A stretch of DNA of 64,000 nt from NCBI RefSeq assembly GCF_000281045.1, contig NW_008246068.1:46564-110563 (forward strand), read 5' to 3'. Positions 48,498 to 58,987 of the stretch are shown one piece after another. Below the pieces are notes generated by a model. It saw only the letters and a program-made list of their open reading frames with translations, was not told the origin of the DNA and made no database searches. The stretch comes from Saprolegnia diclina VS20. Lineage: Eukaryota. Each line of letters opens with the position of its first letter. Positions within the stretch are counted from its first letter, which is position 1. The translations under genes and the position numbers were made by a program.

Positions 48498-50010
48498 ATG
48501 GCCACATACCCCGGCCCGGTCCTCTTGGCGCTCAAGGGCTACTACGAGTGGAAGCAAGCCTTCCTCACGTCGGCGTCGGCGATGGGCTATAGCGCCTACT
48601 ACATGACGCAGGCCTACGCTGACCCGACGCTGCCGGAGTTTCTCAACGACGCCCAGCGAGCGCACATTCGCGAGTCGGCCGAGGCCGCTGAGCCGCCGGT
48701 CGACGCCGAGAACAAGTCGATGGACCAGCTCGAGTACGCGCGCGGGCAGCGCCGGCAAAGGGTGCATGACCGCGTCCTCGCGTACACGTTGCTCGAGTGC
48801 CAATGTATGGGCCAGCGTGTCGCCCGGCGTGCCGCCAGGTACCTTCTCGCCGCTCTCCACTTGAATGTCCAGAGCGCGCTCGGACACTGCGCGATGGACC
48901 CGTTTGCGCTATGGAGCGCGCTGCGCCGGCAGGTGCAAGCGGCGAACCGGGACCTTTTCCTGCTCCACGAACACGTCGCCGACGTCACGCTTCCTGGTCG
49001 TTGGCATGCACCAGCCGCGTTTGTGAGAGACTTTGACGCGGCCGCGCAGCCGTTCACCGACCTGCTCTTGACGCCCGACGCTGAGCTGCAAACGCTGATG
49101 GACGCCAACGACGACGCCAAGGTACTCCTGGACGAGTACCAAGCGCAGCTTAGGGAGAAGCTGCTCTCGACCTTGTTTGCGCAGGCATGTGGGCCGCACA
49201 TGTCGTCGCTCTTCCAGGCGTGGCAGCTTCAAATTGGTGGTTGGGATCAAAGCATTTCTCAAGCGGCGTGTCGTCGAGTACTTGGACAGTCTCCCACGCT
49301 CGGCCGTGCTGCTGCCACCGAGCAACGCGGTCACGGCAGCCCGGCACGCGGCCATCGCTGCCATTCACAGTCGACTCGGCGCGCCGCCACCGTCAGTAGC
49401 AACGAGCGAGACGGCGCCCCCGGTGGCCGCCGACGTGACACTGGCGCCGCCGACCGCTGTACGAAGAAAGCGCAAGGCACCACCAAAGCGCCAAACAGCA
49501 CGGAAAGCCAAGCGCAAGGCGGCGACGAGTGCCATGTGCAAGTACTGCTTTGAGATGGGCCATGCGACCATCGCCTGCAGCGACCTCCGTGACGACTACA
49601 TCCATGGCACCGTTCGCGACGGCTTTGTTTTGCGGAGCGACTATGGCTGCGTGTGGTGCCGAAGCCGGGGTCTTCGCAGCGTCCACCGCGAAGACCACTG
49701 CGCGATCTATCGAGGAGTGGCCGACACGAACTGGTCGCCCAGATGGCCACCGCGGTCAATATCCCTTGTGTCTAGTTGGTTGAGTGGAATTTATGTAAAA
49801 GACGTTATATGGACTACGTCTAGCGCGATACCCAGAGGCTCAGGTACCGAGCGCTGCACTTTGACGCGTCGTCACGGGAGCTACTGGTCCACGCTGTGTC
49901 GCACGCAACCTATGACGAGCCTGTCCTTCCGTGCGATGCTCAGACCTGCAACGGCGACTGCAGTTGTCAAGCTGGCAGAGCTTGCTCGTTGGCGCCGAAT
50001 GCCATTTTGA
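48498..50010 (+). CDS. Gag-like protein F with double zinc knuckle; one-base frameshift near 49250 (3' end uncertain)
   Basis: YPGPVLLALKGYYEWKQAFL..AYY..YADP; AARYLLAALH..MDPFALWSAL; continues in the +1 frame as AFLKRRVVEYLDS..CKYCFEMGHATIAC..CVWCRSRGLRSVHREDHC. Confidence 0.65.
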
Positions 50011-50738
50011 ACTCGGTTTTTGAATGGACGTCGGCAGATCGTTATTCCCACCTGCATGAGGTCGCCCTCGAGATGCAAGATATCGAAAAGGCTTGCACTC
50101 AACATGCAGCGGGCGTGGCTCTCGGAGAGGAGTGTGGTTGTCAACGTAGCATTTTCTAAAAGGCGTCTGGACGGAGCGACGCCGCCGCCACTTTACACCC
50201 GTTGGTGTCGGAGTTTTGCGCCGAGACACGTCGAATAGCAAGCGCAAGGCAGCGCCCGCAGCGGACGAAGCCGCGTTCGGTGCATCAACCCTTCAACCAG
50301 GTCGCGTCCGCGCGCACGTTGAAGTTGCAATAGCCAATCACAGCGCTTTTGAATCCGGTCAAGTGACACGTTTTTCTGCAGTGCATCTTGGCGGTACGCG
50401 ACACAGACTCTCCCGGCTGCACGCGGTGTTTCAGCCTGCTGCACGCGGTGTTTCAGCCTGCTGCACGCTTGGGGTCGTCCAGAGATGCCAGTGCTCCGCC
50501 TGCCCGTCGCGCGTCGCATCGATGCTGCCGGTCGCGTGACCTCATTTTCAGATGAGTCTTTGAGCTCGAGAGTAGGACCATGATCCCCAACGCGGTCGGC
50601 GGCGTGTCGCAGCGACGTCGCCAGCACCACGAAAACCTCTACAAACGCATCTTCAACTGGTGTAATTGCTTGAAGTCGACACTCAGTTTGAATTTGCCTT
50701 TGTTGCGCGCACCCCACCCCATCACCAACTACGATACA

Positions 50739-51182
50739 ATGACCTCGATCAACTGGACCGAGCTGGAAGCCGCGGCCAAAAAGGCGTCGCTGGCGGCCTA
50801 CGCGCCGTACAGCCACTTCCACGTCGGCGCCGCGCTGCTGACGTCGGACGGCCAAGTGTTTGCCGGCTGCAACGTCGAGAACGCTTCGTACCCCTTGGGC
50901 AACTGCGCCGAGCGCACGGCCGTGTACGCGGCGCGCGTCCAGGGCAACATGACGCACATCGAAGCCATTTGCATCTACACGCCGACCGAGAAGGCGACGT
51001 CGCCCTGCGGCGCGTGCCGCCAAGTGCTCAACGAATTTGGCCCGAACATGGTCGTCCGCATGATCTGCGACGGCGACGAGGTGCTCGAAACGACGATCGA
51101 CCACCTTCTTCCGTACGGCTTTGGCCCCAAGAACCTGGAAGAGGCCAAGGAGACCCGCGACGCCCGCGCCAACAGCCCTTGA
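50739..51182 (+). CDS. CDA: Cytidine deaminase (homotetrameric type)
   Basis: AYAPYSHFHVGAALL..GCNVENASYPLGNCAERTA..SPCGACRQVLNEF. Confidence 0.95.
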   Translation: MTSINWTELEAAAKKASLAAYAPYSHFHVGAALLTSDGQVFAGCNVENASYPLGNCAERTAVYAARVQGNMTHIEAICIYTPTEKATSPCGACRQVLNEFGPNMVVRMICDGDEVLETTIDHLLPYGFGPKNLEEAKETRDARANSP

Positions 51183-51363
51183 TGCGTAAACTAAATTATA
51201 TGTACTTCTCTACTCGACCGCCTGTTCCACATCTGAAGGCAACGACACGATATGCTTGTATAGCTCTTTTCCCACTTCAAAATATGTTTACGACACTGTT
51301 CTATTCGTCGAAATGTGTCGAAAACTCGATCCACAGTCCAAAAATCAACGTAGCACTGCACGT

Positions 51364-52752
51364 CTAGTTCTTGGTGCCCGAGTACGCCGTGTCGCTCTTG
51401 TAGCCGTTGGCAAGTTGGTGCTTGAGGTAGCAGCGACCACCGTTCATGGTGAAGCCGGCGCAGTTGGCCGTCGTCTTGCAGAGGCTGTGGCACATGGTCG
51501 CTTGGTCGATGGCCGACCCGGGCATATCAAGGCCAAGGATGTCGTTGCCCCAGTAGTCCTGCTTCCACTGGATCGACGGACCTGCGCCCTTGATGCCGGA
51601 CGACACCTGCGAGTTGGCACGCGGCACGCCGACGCTCGACTTCATGTAGCACGAGCCGTACCCGACCGAGTACGCGACGCACTTGTCGTTCTTGTAGCAC
51701 AAAGCACAGCACTGCGCGAGCTGGTCCGTCGTCGAGCCCGAGACCGGGGCACTCCCAATGTCGTTGTTGGTGCCGCTACTCGTAAAGTCAATACCCATCT
51801 GCGCCGTGCACGTCCCCGACGGCTGCGGTGCAGCTCCCGGGGAGCCCGAAACGAGGCCGGTCGCGGGCCGCGGGCTGCCTTTCGACGACTTCATGTAACA
51901 CGTGTTGTAGCCGACTGTGAAGGCCACGCAGTTGGTTGTGCTTGAGCACTTGGCGCAGCACTGACCGACCTGCGTGTTGCGGTCGCCCGTCACCGGACTG
52001 TTGGCAATGTCGTTGCCCGGGTAGTCGACATCCATCTGCGTCGTGCACGTGTCCAAGGTCGGGGCGGGGGCCGAAGCGGGGGCCGAAGCGGGGGCTGGAG
52101 CGGGGCCTGAAGCGGGGGCCGACCCGCCAGGGCAAAAGACAACATCGAAAACCATGTCGCCGGGGCAGTCGTGCGTCTTGATGTCGGCGGGGAAGAGGTA
52201 GGCGTCCGGAGCGTCCTCCTTGAGATCGAGAAGCGCAACGCAGCTGGGACTGTAGTTTGTGCCAGCTTTCTTCCTCGGCGTGAGCGACATGGGCACGTTG
52301 AAGCCGACGGCCTTGGTCTTGGCCTTGCAGTCTTGGAAGCTGTTGCAATTGCCCGGCTAGTTTATCGCATGAGATAGAATATGCAATGCTGCAGATCGTC
52401 CTCAGTACCATGGGCGGGATGTTGCTGAAGTCATACCACAGCTGCCCGTTGAGCACATACTCGATGACTACACATAAGGCAAAAAGATGAGGCCCACCGA
52501 GCGGCGACAAGACGACGTACGGTTGACTTGGTCGGACGCCGTGTGGCGAAAGATGCCGGGCGCGTTGGTCGTGATCGTGACGCCGCAGCTCTTGTCGCGT
52601 GTTTGGCCGGGCGCGATGTCACAGAGGTGCTTGCCGTGGGCGGCGTGGAGGTTGATGGTATAAGGGCACTTGTTGTTGAAGACAAACTCGGCCGCGTTCA
52701 CCGCATACAGGCCAGCGGCCGCCAGTACAGCGTAGGACGAGAACATCTTCAT
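51364..52752 (-). CDS. Secreted thaumatin-like domain fused to three PAN/Apple domains
   Basis: Signal peptide; FVFNNKCPYTI..WYDFS..GFNVPMSLTP..PDAYLFPAD.KTHDC..VVFCP; Pro-Ala linker; three DY.GNDI...CC..C.....C.AF......CY.K units; two introns. Confidence 0.8.
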
Positions 52753-53206
52753 AATGGTTTGCAAGTCCTTATCGTCGAGACGGCGCTAATTGAATACTGA
52801 ACCGACGTGGCGCGCGATCCAGGATCGCCATTGCGGCAGTGTACAGTGTATGCGTCATAAAATAAACCTGCATGCCCACATATACAAAAGGCAAGATAAA
52901 ATAAAACGTCGATTAAATACTGGATGTTACTCATACCTTTTCAGCACGAAATGCTGGCGACCTTGGTGCAACAGCAATCGCATTTCGTGAGTAGCACCCC
53001 ACGACCTTGCCACGCCTTGCCTCATACCATTGCTCTTGCCATTGCACGCTTCGTATCGCAGCTTCCATGCGCCACCACCGTATAGGGCTCGCTCCAGAAT
53101 AAGGTTTGTGATGCTGCATTCGCGACGAACGGATGTGGGTACATGATGAAGATATTGACTAAATAGATAGATTAGTAAGGTTGCTAGATGTAGTACGGCG
53201 CGAGCG

Positions 53207-54244
53207 TTAGACCGGTGTGCGGTACACCGACTCGAGATCGTCGTCGGTCTCGGCATCCCCGACGCTCGAGCAGTATGTGGCTTCCACGTTCACGGCGGCC
53301 GGCGTCGTCGAGCGGCTAAAGATCGCAAAGACACCGCAGAGCGCCAAGGCTGCGCCGACGCATGCAATGCTCCACGACGCACTGCCCGTGTTCGCAGTCC
53401 AGAACGGGTACCCGGTGCCCGACCCGGTGGACGAAGACGACCCGACACACGCCGAAAGGTTGCCGCACGCAAACGTCCAAGCGGCGGTGATAGGCCCAGC
53501 GAGCATCGTCGTCGAGGCCGTGCAGGTCGCTTGCGATGCAAACTGAACGCAACCCCGGGCGCCCGTCGAAACACAGAGCGAGTTGTTGGGTGCGAGCGCG
53601 ACCCAGCCGTTGGAGCCTTGGACGCACTCCCAAGGCAGCGGCGCAGTGGCGAGGGCCTCGCGCGCGAGGTAGCACCACGCCGATACCGACTCGTACCCGG
53701 TCGATCCCCAGTGCATGAAGCGGTCGGCGCCGCACTGCGCAGGGTACAAAGCCACGTCGAGCTTGGTGGGCACCGTGAGGAGGTCGGCGACGCTTGTGGC
53801 GGTGACGCAGTTGACACCGTCGTTCGAGTAGCACTCTGGCTGGCCGGCGCTCGAGCTCGAGTTACGAACCATGAGGTAGCCTTCGCCCGAGCCAATGTAG
53901 CTCCACGGCGCTTGGATCGACGAGGTATTGGTGGTCGTGTTCGCGGTCGCCGGTTGCACTTTGAATGACGAGATTTTGTAGGGCCAGTTGCCAAGCAGCG
54001 ACGTCGAGTGGTGCCACACGGCCGAGTTGCCGGCGTCATCGTATGTCACAAACTCAATCGCGGGATCGACGACGATCGAGAAGATCGGGCGCTTCCACTG
54101 GGCGAGCGTGCTGGCCGCGTCGTCGGACGAGATGACGGCGACCGACTGGCCGAGGTACTGAGGCAATTCGTAGAGCACGACTGCCGGGCGCGAGGCAAGC
54201 GCGAGGCCGAGCCATGCGCTTACGCTTATGAGGGACTTGAACAT
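53207..54244 (-). CDS. Crystallin-like/Cys-rich single-pass surface protein, family member 6
   Basis: Signal peptide; VVLYELPQYLGQS..WKRPIFSIVVD..EFVTYD..WPYKISSFKVQ; ECYSNDGVNC..CGADRFMHWGSTGY..WC; TM; tail NVEATYCSSVGDAETDDD; single ORF. Confidence 0.85.
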   Translation of the reverse strand: MFKSLISVSAWLGLALASRPAVVLYELPQYLGQSVAVISSDDAASTLAQWKRPIFSIVVDPAIEFVTYDDAGNSAVWHHSTSLLGNWPYKISSFKVQPATANTTTNTSSIQAPWSYIGSGEGYLMVRNSSSSAGQPECYSNDGVNCVTATSVADLLTVPTKLDVALYPAQCGADRFMHWGSTGYESVSAWCYLAREALATAPLPWECVQGSNGWVALAPNNSLCVSTGARGCVQFASQATCTASTTMLAGPITAAWTFACGNLSACVGSSSSTGSGTGYPFWTANTGSASWSIACVGAALALCGVFAIFSRSTTPAAVNVEATYCSSVGDAETDDDLESVYRTPV

Positions 54245-56603
54245 GGCAAAGGGAATTGAAAAATGATATCCTTGGGCCACGACCAGCTGCGATGGCGTTT
54301 AAACGCATCGTATCTAGGTTAAAAGATGGAATGATGGTCGCGATGACGATGGACAGGCGCGCCGTCGACACGGCACAACGAAGTAGTCGAGTGCCATCAC
54401 TTGTACGCACAGGTGCAACACCGACGCTCTTCATTACCGCGGTGCGGTCTCGACGATCAAGCGTCAGAGGTTTTCTTTCTTGCCGCTTTCCTGCCTACGC
54501 AGACTGCGACATATCATTCTACAACGACGTACCGGTAGCTGCGCTGCAAATGTAGCGGTATGCCAGTCCCCTGGTACTAGAATTATCGTAGAGTCCAAGG
54601 TAGGTAAAGCGCATTTTGTTCAGCATTTTGTAGGTGTTGTACAAGCAAGATTTTGTCGGGTGTCCTGCACTGCGATCCTCCACGCTTGGCACTGAGAGCC
54701 ATGGGTTCAACCCTTCTAGTACCTGGGAACCTGGTACGTTATCGCATTCTATAAGATCTGTGTCCAAGGTGTCGCTTCCACGACACGATGCGAGCAAGTC
54801 GCTCGTCATGGGCAGTGGTCGCCGACGTCAATGGCCGTCACTCGCTCCAACCTGCATTTCCGTTTTACCTATAAAACGCATTTTGGTCAAAGGTTTTTCA
54901 CCAGCAGATCGTAGTGCAGCTGGTCGGCGAGGCCTGGGATTGGCTCGTTTCGCGTGGCGAATCGACCGCGTTTCGTAATCGGGTTTATGGCGGGTCGCAT
55001 GGAAGCGGTGCCATGATGACCAAAAGCGCATCAGTTCGTGATGGACGCCAAAGGAATCGGGAAAATGCATGTGCGTGTCAACACTGGGGATCGGCGTCTG
55101 AGAAAGGGCAGCTTTTGATCTCTTCGGACCGGCATTTGGTAATCAAGCGCCGATTTCGCGCCGACTTCGCGTGCTCGTCGAGGTCCCTACACGGACAAAA
55201 GGACAAGACGACAAAGGAAAGCGCTATTCTGAGCTGTGCACATTATAAGTTTTTTCATGTCGAGTGCCCGCGATTAGTTGATGATGGACCGAAAGGCTGT
55301 GTCTAGAATATGGGACTGGGCTGCAGGATCTCAAAATGCGACTTCAATACTCAAGAAGCTCCACGAAGACTGTTGCGGCTCCTGTTGATTTGGCGACCAC
55401 GGGACAGCGCAATCGAATTTTTGGTATTTTCTTGTCGAGTGCAATGTGGATTGGTCAGTTGAAGAATCGTGGTCGGACATAGACATGTTGTCAAATGTGA
55501 CCATTTGACCCTGTCGAGTCGACAAGATCGCACAGAAATCGCAAACTTCGTCATCGAATAGCACCAAGTTGCATGTCGCGATGATAGACAGAAGGGAAGT
55601 CTGCGAGAAGTGCTGTTGACGTTAGTACATTTCTGCAACTGCGCATTTCAGACGACACGAGCCCCTTTCGAAGTCCTTCACTTTCGTTCACGAGGCAAGC
55701 CCTGCGTCATTTCTCAAGTGACTACGGACCTTCTTGCATCTCGACTCTTGTATTTGTGTTGTCACTAGGAATAAGAACTCGTTTCAACTGGCTGCAGACG
55801 GAGCGCATGAAGGTGACGACGTAGAGATGCCCGAGCAAGACGAGTCCTCCTCGGTCAGCGTCGATTCGCCAGGTACCGTCGCGAGGTGCATTCAAGTGTG
55901 AGCACTCGGCGACTTGGTGGCTCTGTATTCGTGGCTACTACACGAGGGCTCGCTATCCTTGCTTGAGCATCTCAATAGAGCACTTTGCGCGTCGTTCGAG
56001 GCGCTGGCGATCCTCTCTTGTGGCAGCCCAACGAAACGTCATCCGCATTCCAGCCTAACACAAGGAGCTTTTGTACGTAGCCGCAAGATTGGACGGCGCT
56101 GCACCTTTCAGCTCCCCACCAAAATTCATCACGCACGAAGCAGAGTTAGTAGTTTAACTTGTCATTTGTATCACGCTGCACCGCCATCCACCCGGACAAC
56201 ATCTGGCGACAGAGACAACGTGTGGCAGGTGCTGGTGTTTGCTCCGAGCCAAAGCTTTACATCGCGGCCCGCAAGCAAATGCCACATACACGATGAAAAG
56301 CAGAACAGTGACGTTGGTACCTCCTTGACGCCGAGCGCCAACGCTCAATCAAGAGAAATGTCGATTTGACATGAGTCTGGGAGCGATAACGCCCATGATC
56401 TGACATCAGACGGTCTTGCACCACATCCAGAAGCGTAGGTTATTCTTGACCACTTCTCTTGACAAGTGTTCTTCCAGATTAGTAGTAAGTATCAGGAAAT
56501 GGACTGGTCGTCCCACACTACTCGCTTCAGCTTTCTGCTGCGCGGGAGACCGTCACTTGGGCCACACCGCAGGACACCGGAAGTGTCCACGCAGATCGCA
56601 TGG

Positions 56604-56620
56604 TTCATTTTCACATTTTC
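56604..56620 (+). promoter_or_regulatory. Oomycete Inr+FPR core promoter
   Basis: TTCATTTTCACATTTTC immediately upstream of ATG 56624. Similar elements precede 33044 (CACTTTGCAATT) and 54244 (TCATTTTTCAATT). Confidence 0.55.
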
Positions 56621-56623
56621 TCG

Positions 56624-57642
56624 ATGCTGCGTCTACTCGTCCTTGGCGCATTCGCTCTATGCAGCAACATCAACGCGGCAGCCGTCACGTTCTACGAGCA
56701 CCCGGCGTACCAAGGCCAGTCGCTCACTGTTGCCGCTGCCAACGACGCCACAACCGCGCTCCAACGCTGGTCCAAACCAATCCAGTCGATCACGCTCGAT
56801 GCCGACACGGAGCTCGTGACGTACGATCGCACAGAGCGACAAGGCCAGGCCGCGATCTGGCGCTACTCGACCACACGCCTCGGCAGCTGGACAGAGCGCG
56901 TCGCGTCGTTTGAACTCCGACAAGCAGACACGGAAGCGACAGTACGCGATGTCAACTGGAAGCACCTCCGCGTTGCCTCTGGCTACGTACAAGTGCGGGC
57001 GACCGACACGATCGAGTGCCGGTCGTTTGACGGTGTCAACTGCAACGTCAATCTGGCAAACACAACCAGCGACAACCGTGGATCGGTGCACCCGGCTCGG
57101 TGCGGCGCCGAGCACGCCATGTACTGGGGCGTCTCTGGCTTTGACGACGCTACGTCCTGGTGCTTGATCGCCAAAGCCGCATTGGCAGCGCCGACAACAT
57201 CGTGGTCGTGCGTACCAGAGCAGTCGAATTGGCTCATCGTTTCCTCGTCCTCCGACGGCTCACGCTGCGTGGGCCTCAATATATGCGATCGTTTTGGGAG
57301 CCTCGCAAGGTGTCAGGACGTCGCGTCGACGTTGCTTGGTACGGACATCGTCACCAGCTCTCATTCGACAGAAAAGCCAGCGACCGAGACGATCCAGGCG
57401 TCGGCTTCGTCGACGACGTCAGCGGCCAAATCGGGCTGTACGTTCGCACCGAGTGCTCGAGTTTGCTATGCTGTGGGACTATGGACTTGTGGTTAGGGGT
57501 ATGGGGCTTTCCGGCGATGATTGCAGGGTGTTTGACGGTCGGAATTGTGGTTGCGATCAAGCTCAACAAACAAACATCAGCAAATCCGCTCGAAGCCACG
57601 TACTGCTCGAGCATCGGTGGCGACGACGACTTGCACGTGTAG
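56624..57642 (+). CDS. Crystallin-like/Cys-rich single-pass surface protein, family member 7
   Basis: Signal peptide; VTFYEHPAYQGQS..WTERVASFELR; ECRSFDGVNC..CGAEHAMYWGVSGF..WC; phase-1 intron 57438-57496; TM; tail LEATYCSSIGGDDD. Confidence 0.85.
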
Positions 57643-58987
57643 ACACTAACTAGTATTTGGAACGAATAACACGATTTGCGAAACGATACAACGTGTTTTA
57701 TGGTTTGTGGTATCAAACGCAAGTGTCCATAACCGTTTACGATTCTTTGGGGCAGGTTGCGGACGAGCGCATTGACATGCGACCACTCAAGCAGTCATGA
57801 CCGCTCGCTGCGAGATGACTTGTAGCCTATCGACTGATGATTACTAGGGAGGCCACCTCGACAACGCCGGTGAGAAAAAACGTTGTTGGTGAGGGCAGGA
57901 GGCATGATTAATGCAAGGGTATACTGTATAATAAATAGAGGGTAGGGGACTTATATACCCTTGATGAATGCGAGCAAGAGTAGAAACTTCCTACGTGTGC
58001 GCCACTTTGCTAGCAGAAGCCCGGGACACGAGCTTGGACCAAACCGGCGACCTGGTGCGGCCTGTGACATTGCTTTTTGCGGCCGAAGCGCCAACGCTTG
58101 GCAGGCTTCGTCCACCAGCACGATCCAAAATCAATCGACTACATTGCAATGCTCATATATGTAGTAGAAGCCCATGGTAGCAGCCACCACGTGCGACTTC
58201 TTACATGGGAATTCGGGAATTCATAAGAAAAAATGCTATCGAACCCCAAGTCGATGGCCTTAAGTCGATGCTGCCGCGGCGGGCTTTGAACCAAGTGGCA
58301 TTTCCAGGCGCGTTCGAGTCGTCTCTCATTTCCGAGCTTGGCACATGTTTGGCAAAAAGTAGTTTTACTTGATTATTGTATGGCGACCGACCGCCAGACG
58401 TTGTGGCAAGGTTATCGTGTCACTGGCTCGTGCGTCTGAGCCACGCACTGGAGCCCAGCAACGCGACGAACTCAGTGGAACAAGAGACGACCAATGCCAC
58501 TCGAGTGGCAGCGCGGTGTGGGATTTTGCATCATCATCGTCGGCGCTGTGTGGGAGAATACTGCTAAAAAGTGGATCGGCGGGGCGTTCTCATTCGCACG
58601 GTTGGGGATCGATAACGCAGACGTGTCCAAATCAGATGTTGACGCACCAGTGCCAGATTAGTAGCTAGATCGATTGTGGTGCGTCCCACATTTGACCGCC
58701 TGGTTCCCACCGAGTTTGAATCTCCACCCACCATGCAACATTTGGAGCCTTATGATCTGACATCAGACGGTCTTGCACCACATCCAGAAGCGTAGGTTAT
58801 TCTTGACCACTTCTCTTGACAAGTGTTCTTCCAGATTAGTAGTAAGTATCAGGAAATGGACTGGTCGTCCCACACTACTCGCTGCATCTTTCTGCTGCGC
58901 GGGAGACCGTCACTTGGGCCACACTGCCAGATACTGGAAATGTGAAATGTCCACGCAGATAGCATGGTTCATTTACAGATTTCCTCG

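Noticed and set aside
39594..50010. Intact LTR retrotransposon(s)
   Set aside because: No protease, integrase, RT or RNase H motifs, terminal direct repeats or PBS seen. The ORFs are mutually diverged and in both orientations.
49820..50540. Cys-containing ORF fragments and a 22-bp tandem duplicate (ctgcacgcggtgtttcagcctg) downstream of Gag-like F, considered as pol remnants
   Set aside because: No D[ST]G protease, GAG-pre-integrase or HHCC pattern found; identity unclear.
50739..51182. Deaminase as an APOBEC-like anti-retroelement enzyme next to the Gag cluster
   Set aside because: The motifs (NVENASY, CAERTA, PCGACRQ) are those of the ordinary free-nucleoside cytidine deaminase.
54300..56390. 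2-kb gene-poor interval, possible degraded TE
   Set aside because: No TIRs, TSDs or transposase motifs recognised.
58270..58330. tRNA/SINE-like B-box (gttcgagtc; ggttcaaag on the minus strand)
   Set aside because: No pairing T-stem, cloverleaf or A-box could be built.
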